Source of the DNA: Mobula hypostoma
Taxonomy: Eukaryota
Direction of reading: 5' to 3'
Length of the DNA stretch: 64,000 bases
NCBI RefSeq assembly: GCF_963921235.1
Contig: NC_086097.1
Span: 138,820,001 to 138,884,000, forward strand
Shown: positions 62,310 through 64,000 of the stretch, piece by piece
Numbering within the stretch: position 1 is the stretch's first letter
Layout of the letters: each line of letters begins with the position of its first letter
Made by a program: the position numbers and the translations under genes
The notes under the pieces: generated by a model
Seen by the model: only the letters and a program-made list of their open reading frames with translations
What the model was told of the DNA's origin: nothing
The model's database searches: none

Positions 62310-64000
62310 TGGAGATGGGAATAAAGGGAGGGAGGTGGGGATTGGAGTAAAGGGAGGGAGGTGGGGAATGGAATAAAGGGAGGGAGGTGGGGAGTGGAGT
62401 AAAGGGAGGGAGGTGAGGATTGGAATAAAGGGAGGGAGGTGGGGAATGGAATAAAGGGAGGGAGGTGTGGAATGGAATAAAGGGAGGGAGGTGTGGATTG
62501 GAATAAAGGGAGGGAGGTGGGGATGGGAATAAAGGGAGGGAGGTGTGGAATGGAATAAAGGGAGGGAGGTGTGGAATGGAATAAAGGGAGGGAGGTGTGG
62601 AATGGAATAAAGGGAGGGAGGTGTGGAATGGGAATAAAGGGAGGGAGGTGTGGATTGGAATAAAGGGAGGGAGGTGGGGAATGGAATAAAGGGAGGGAGG
62701 TGGGGAATGGAATAAAGGGAGGGAGGTGGGGAATGGAATAAAGGGAGGGAGGTGGGGAATGGAATAAAGGGAGGGAGGTGGGGAATGGAATAAAGGGAGG
62801 GAGGTGGGGAATGGAATAAAGGGAGGGAGGTGGGGAATGGAATAAAGGGAGGTAGGTGGGGAATGGAATAAAGGGAGGGAGGTGGGGAATGGAATAAAGG
62901 GAGGGAGGTGGGTGGGAATAAAGGGAGGGAGGTGTGGAATGGAATAAAGGGAGGGAGGTGGGGAATGGAATAAAGGGAGGGAGGTGGGGAATGGAATAAA
63001 GGGAGGGAGGTGGGGAATGGAATAAAGGGAGGGAGGTGGGGAATGGAATAAAGGGAGGGAGGTGTGGAATGGAATAAAGGGAGGGAGGTGTGGAATGGAA
63101 TAAAGGGAGGGAGGTGTGGAATGGAATAAAGGGAGGGAGGTGTGGAATGGAATAAAGGGAGGGAGGTGTGGAATGGAATAAAGGGAGGGAGGTGTGGAAT
63201 GGAATAAAGGGAGGGAGGTGTGGAATGGAATAAAGGGAGGGAGGTGTGGAATGGAATAAAGGGAGGGAGGTGTGGAATGGAATAAAGGGAGGGAGGTGGG
63301 GAATGGAATAAAGGGAGGGAGGTGGGGAATGGAATAAAGGGAGGGAGGTGGGGAATGGAATAAAGGGAGGGAGGTGGGGAATGGAATAAAGGGAGGGAGG
63401 TGGGGAATGGAATAAAGGGAGGGAGGTGGGGAATGGAATAAAGGGAGGGAGGTGGAGATGGGAATAAAGGGAGGGAGGTGTGGAATGGGAATAAAGGGAG
63501 GGAGGTGGGGATTGGAATAAAGGGAGGGAGGTGGGGAATGGAATAAAGGGAGGGAGGTGGGGAATGGAATAAAGGGAGGGAGGTGGGGAATGGAATAAAG
63601 GGAGGGAGGTGGGGAATGGAATAAAGGGAGGGAGGTGGGGAATGGAATAAAGGGAGGGAGGTGTGGAATGGAATAAAGGGAGGGAGGTGTGGAATGGAAT
63701 AAAGGGAGGGAGGTGGGGAATGGAATAAAGGGAGGGAGGTGGGGAATGGAATAAAGGGAGGGAGGTGGGGAATGGAATAAAGGGAGGGAGGTGTGGAATG
63801 GAATAAAGGGAGGGAGGTGTGGAATGGAATAAAGGGAGGGAGGTGTGGAATGGAATAAAGGGAGGGAGGTGTGGAATGGAATAAAGGGAGGGAGGTGGGG
63901 AATGGAATAAAGGGAGGGAGGTGGGGAATGGAATAAAGGGAGGGAGGTGTGGAATGGAATAAAGGGAGGGAGGTGGGGAATGGAATAAAGGGAGGGAGGT
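62310..64000. repeat. 26-bp G-rich minisatellite (ggaataaagggagggaggtg[g/t]ggaat)n, runs off the window
   Basis: Tandem array seen directly, about 65 units. Confidence 0.99.

Overview
Repeat-dense eukaryotic DNA with no protein-coding host gene that I can support. The repeat complement (CR1, Rex1/Babar, Penelope, V-SINE and Deu-SINE relics) suggests a cartilaginous fish intron or intergenic region; this is an inference. The window holds many truncated and nested CR1 and Rex1/Babar LINEs (youngest CR1 ORF2: 623 aa at 54212-56083), a Penelope element (RT + GIY-YIG), a degenerate APE-RT LINE of an atypical, invertebrate-like type, tandem R4/Dong RLE elements, tRNA-CORE SINEs, a Tc1/pogo-type MITE, two LTRs and three minisatellites (31, 26 and 26 bp units). 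Most notable: (1) tiny TSD-flanked Penelope derivatives carrying minimal hammerhead ribozyme motifs, one as a 245-bp palindrome; (2) a solo LTR split by about 5.3 kb of nested insertions; (3) SINEs sharing a head but with swapped tails, with a probable tail donor in the same window; (4) a roughly 700-bp CpG island-like unique segment and several enhancer-like unique blocks. Boundaries of degenerate elements are approximate, and family names come from motif recognition, not database searches.
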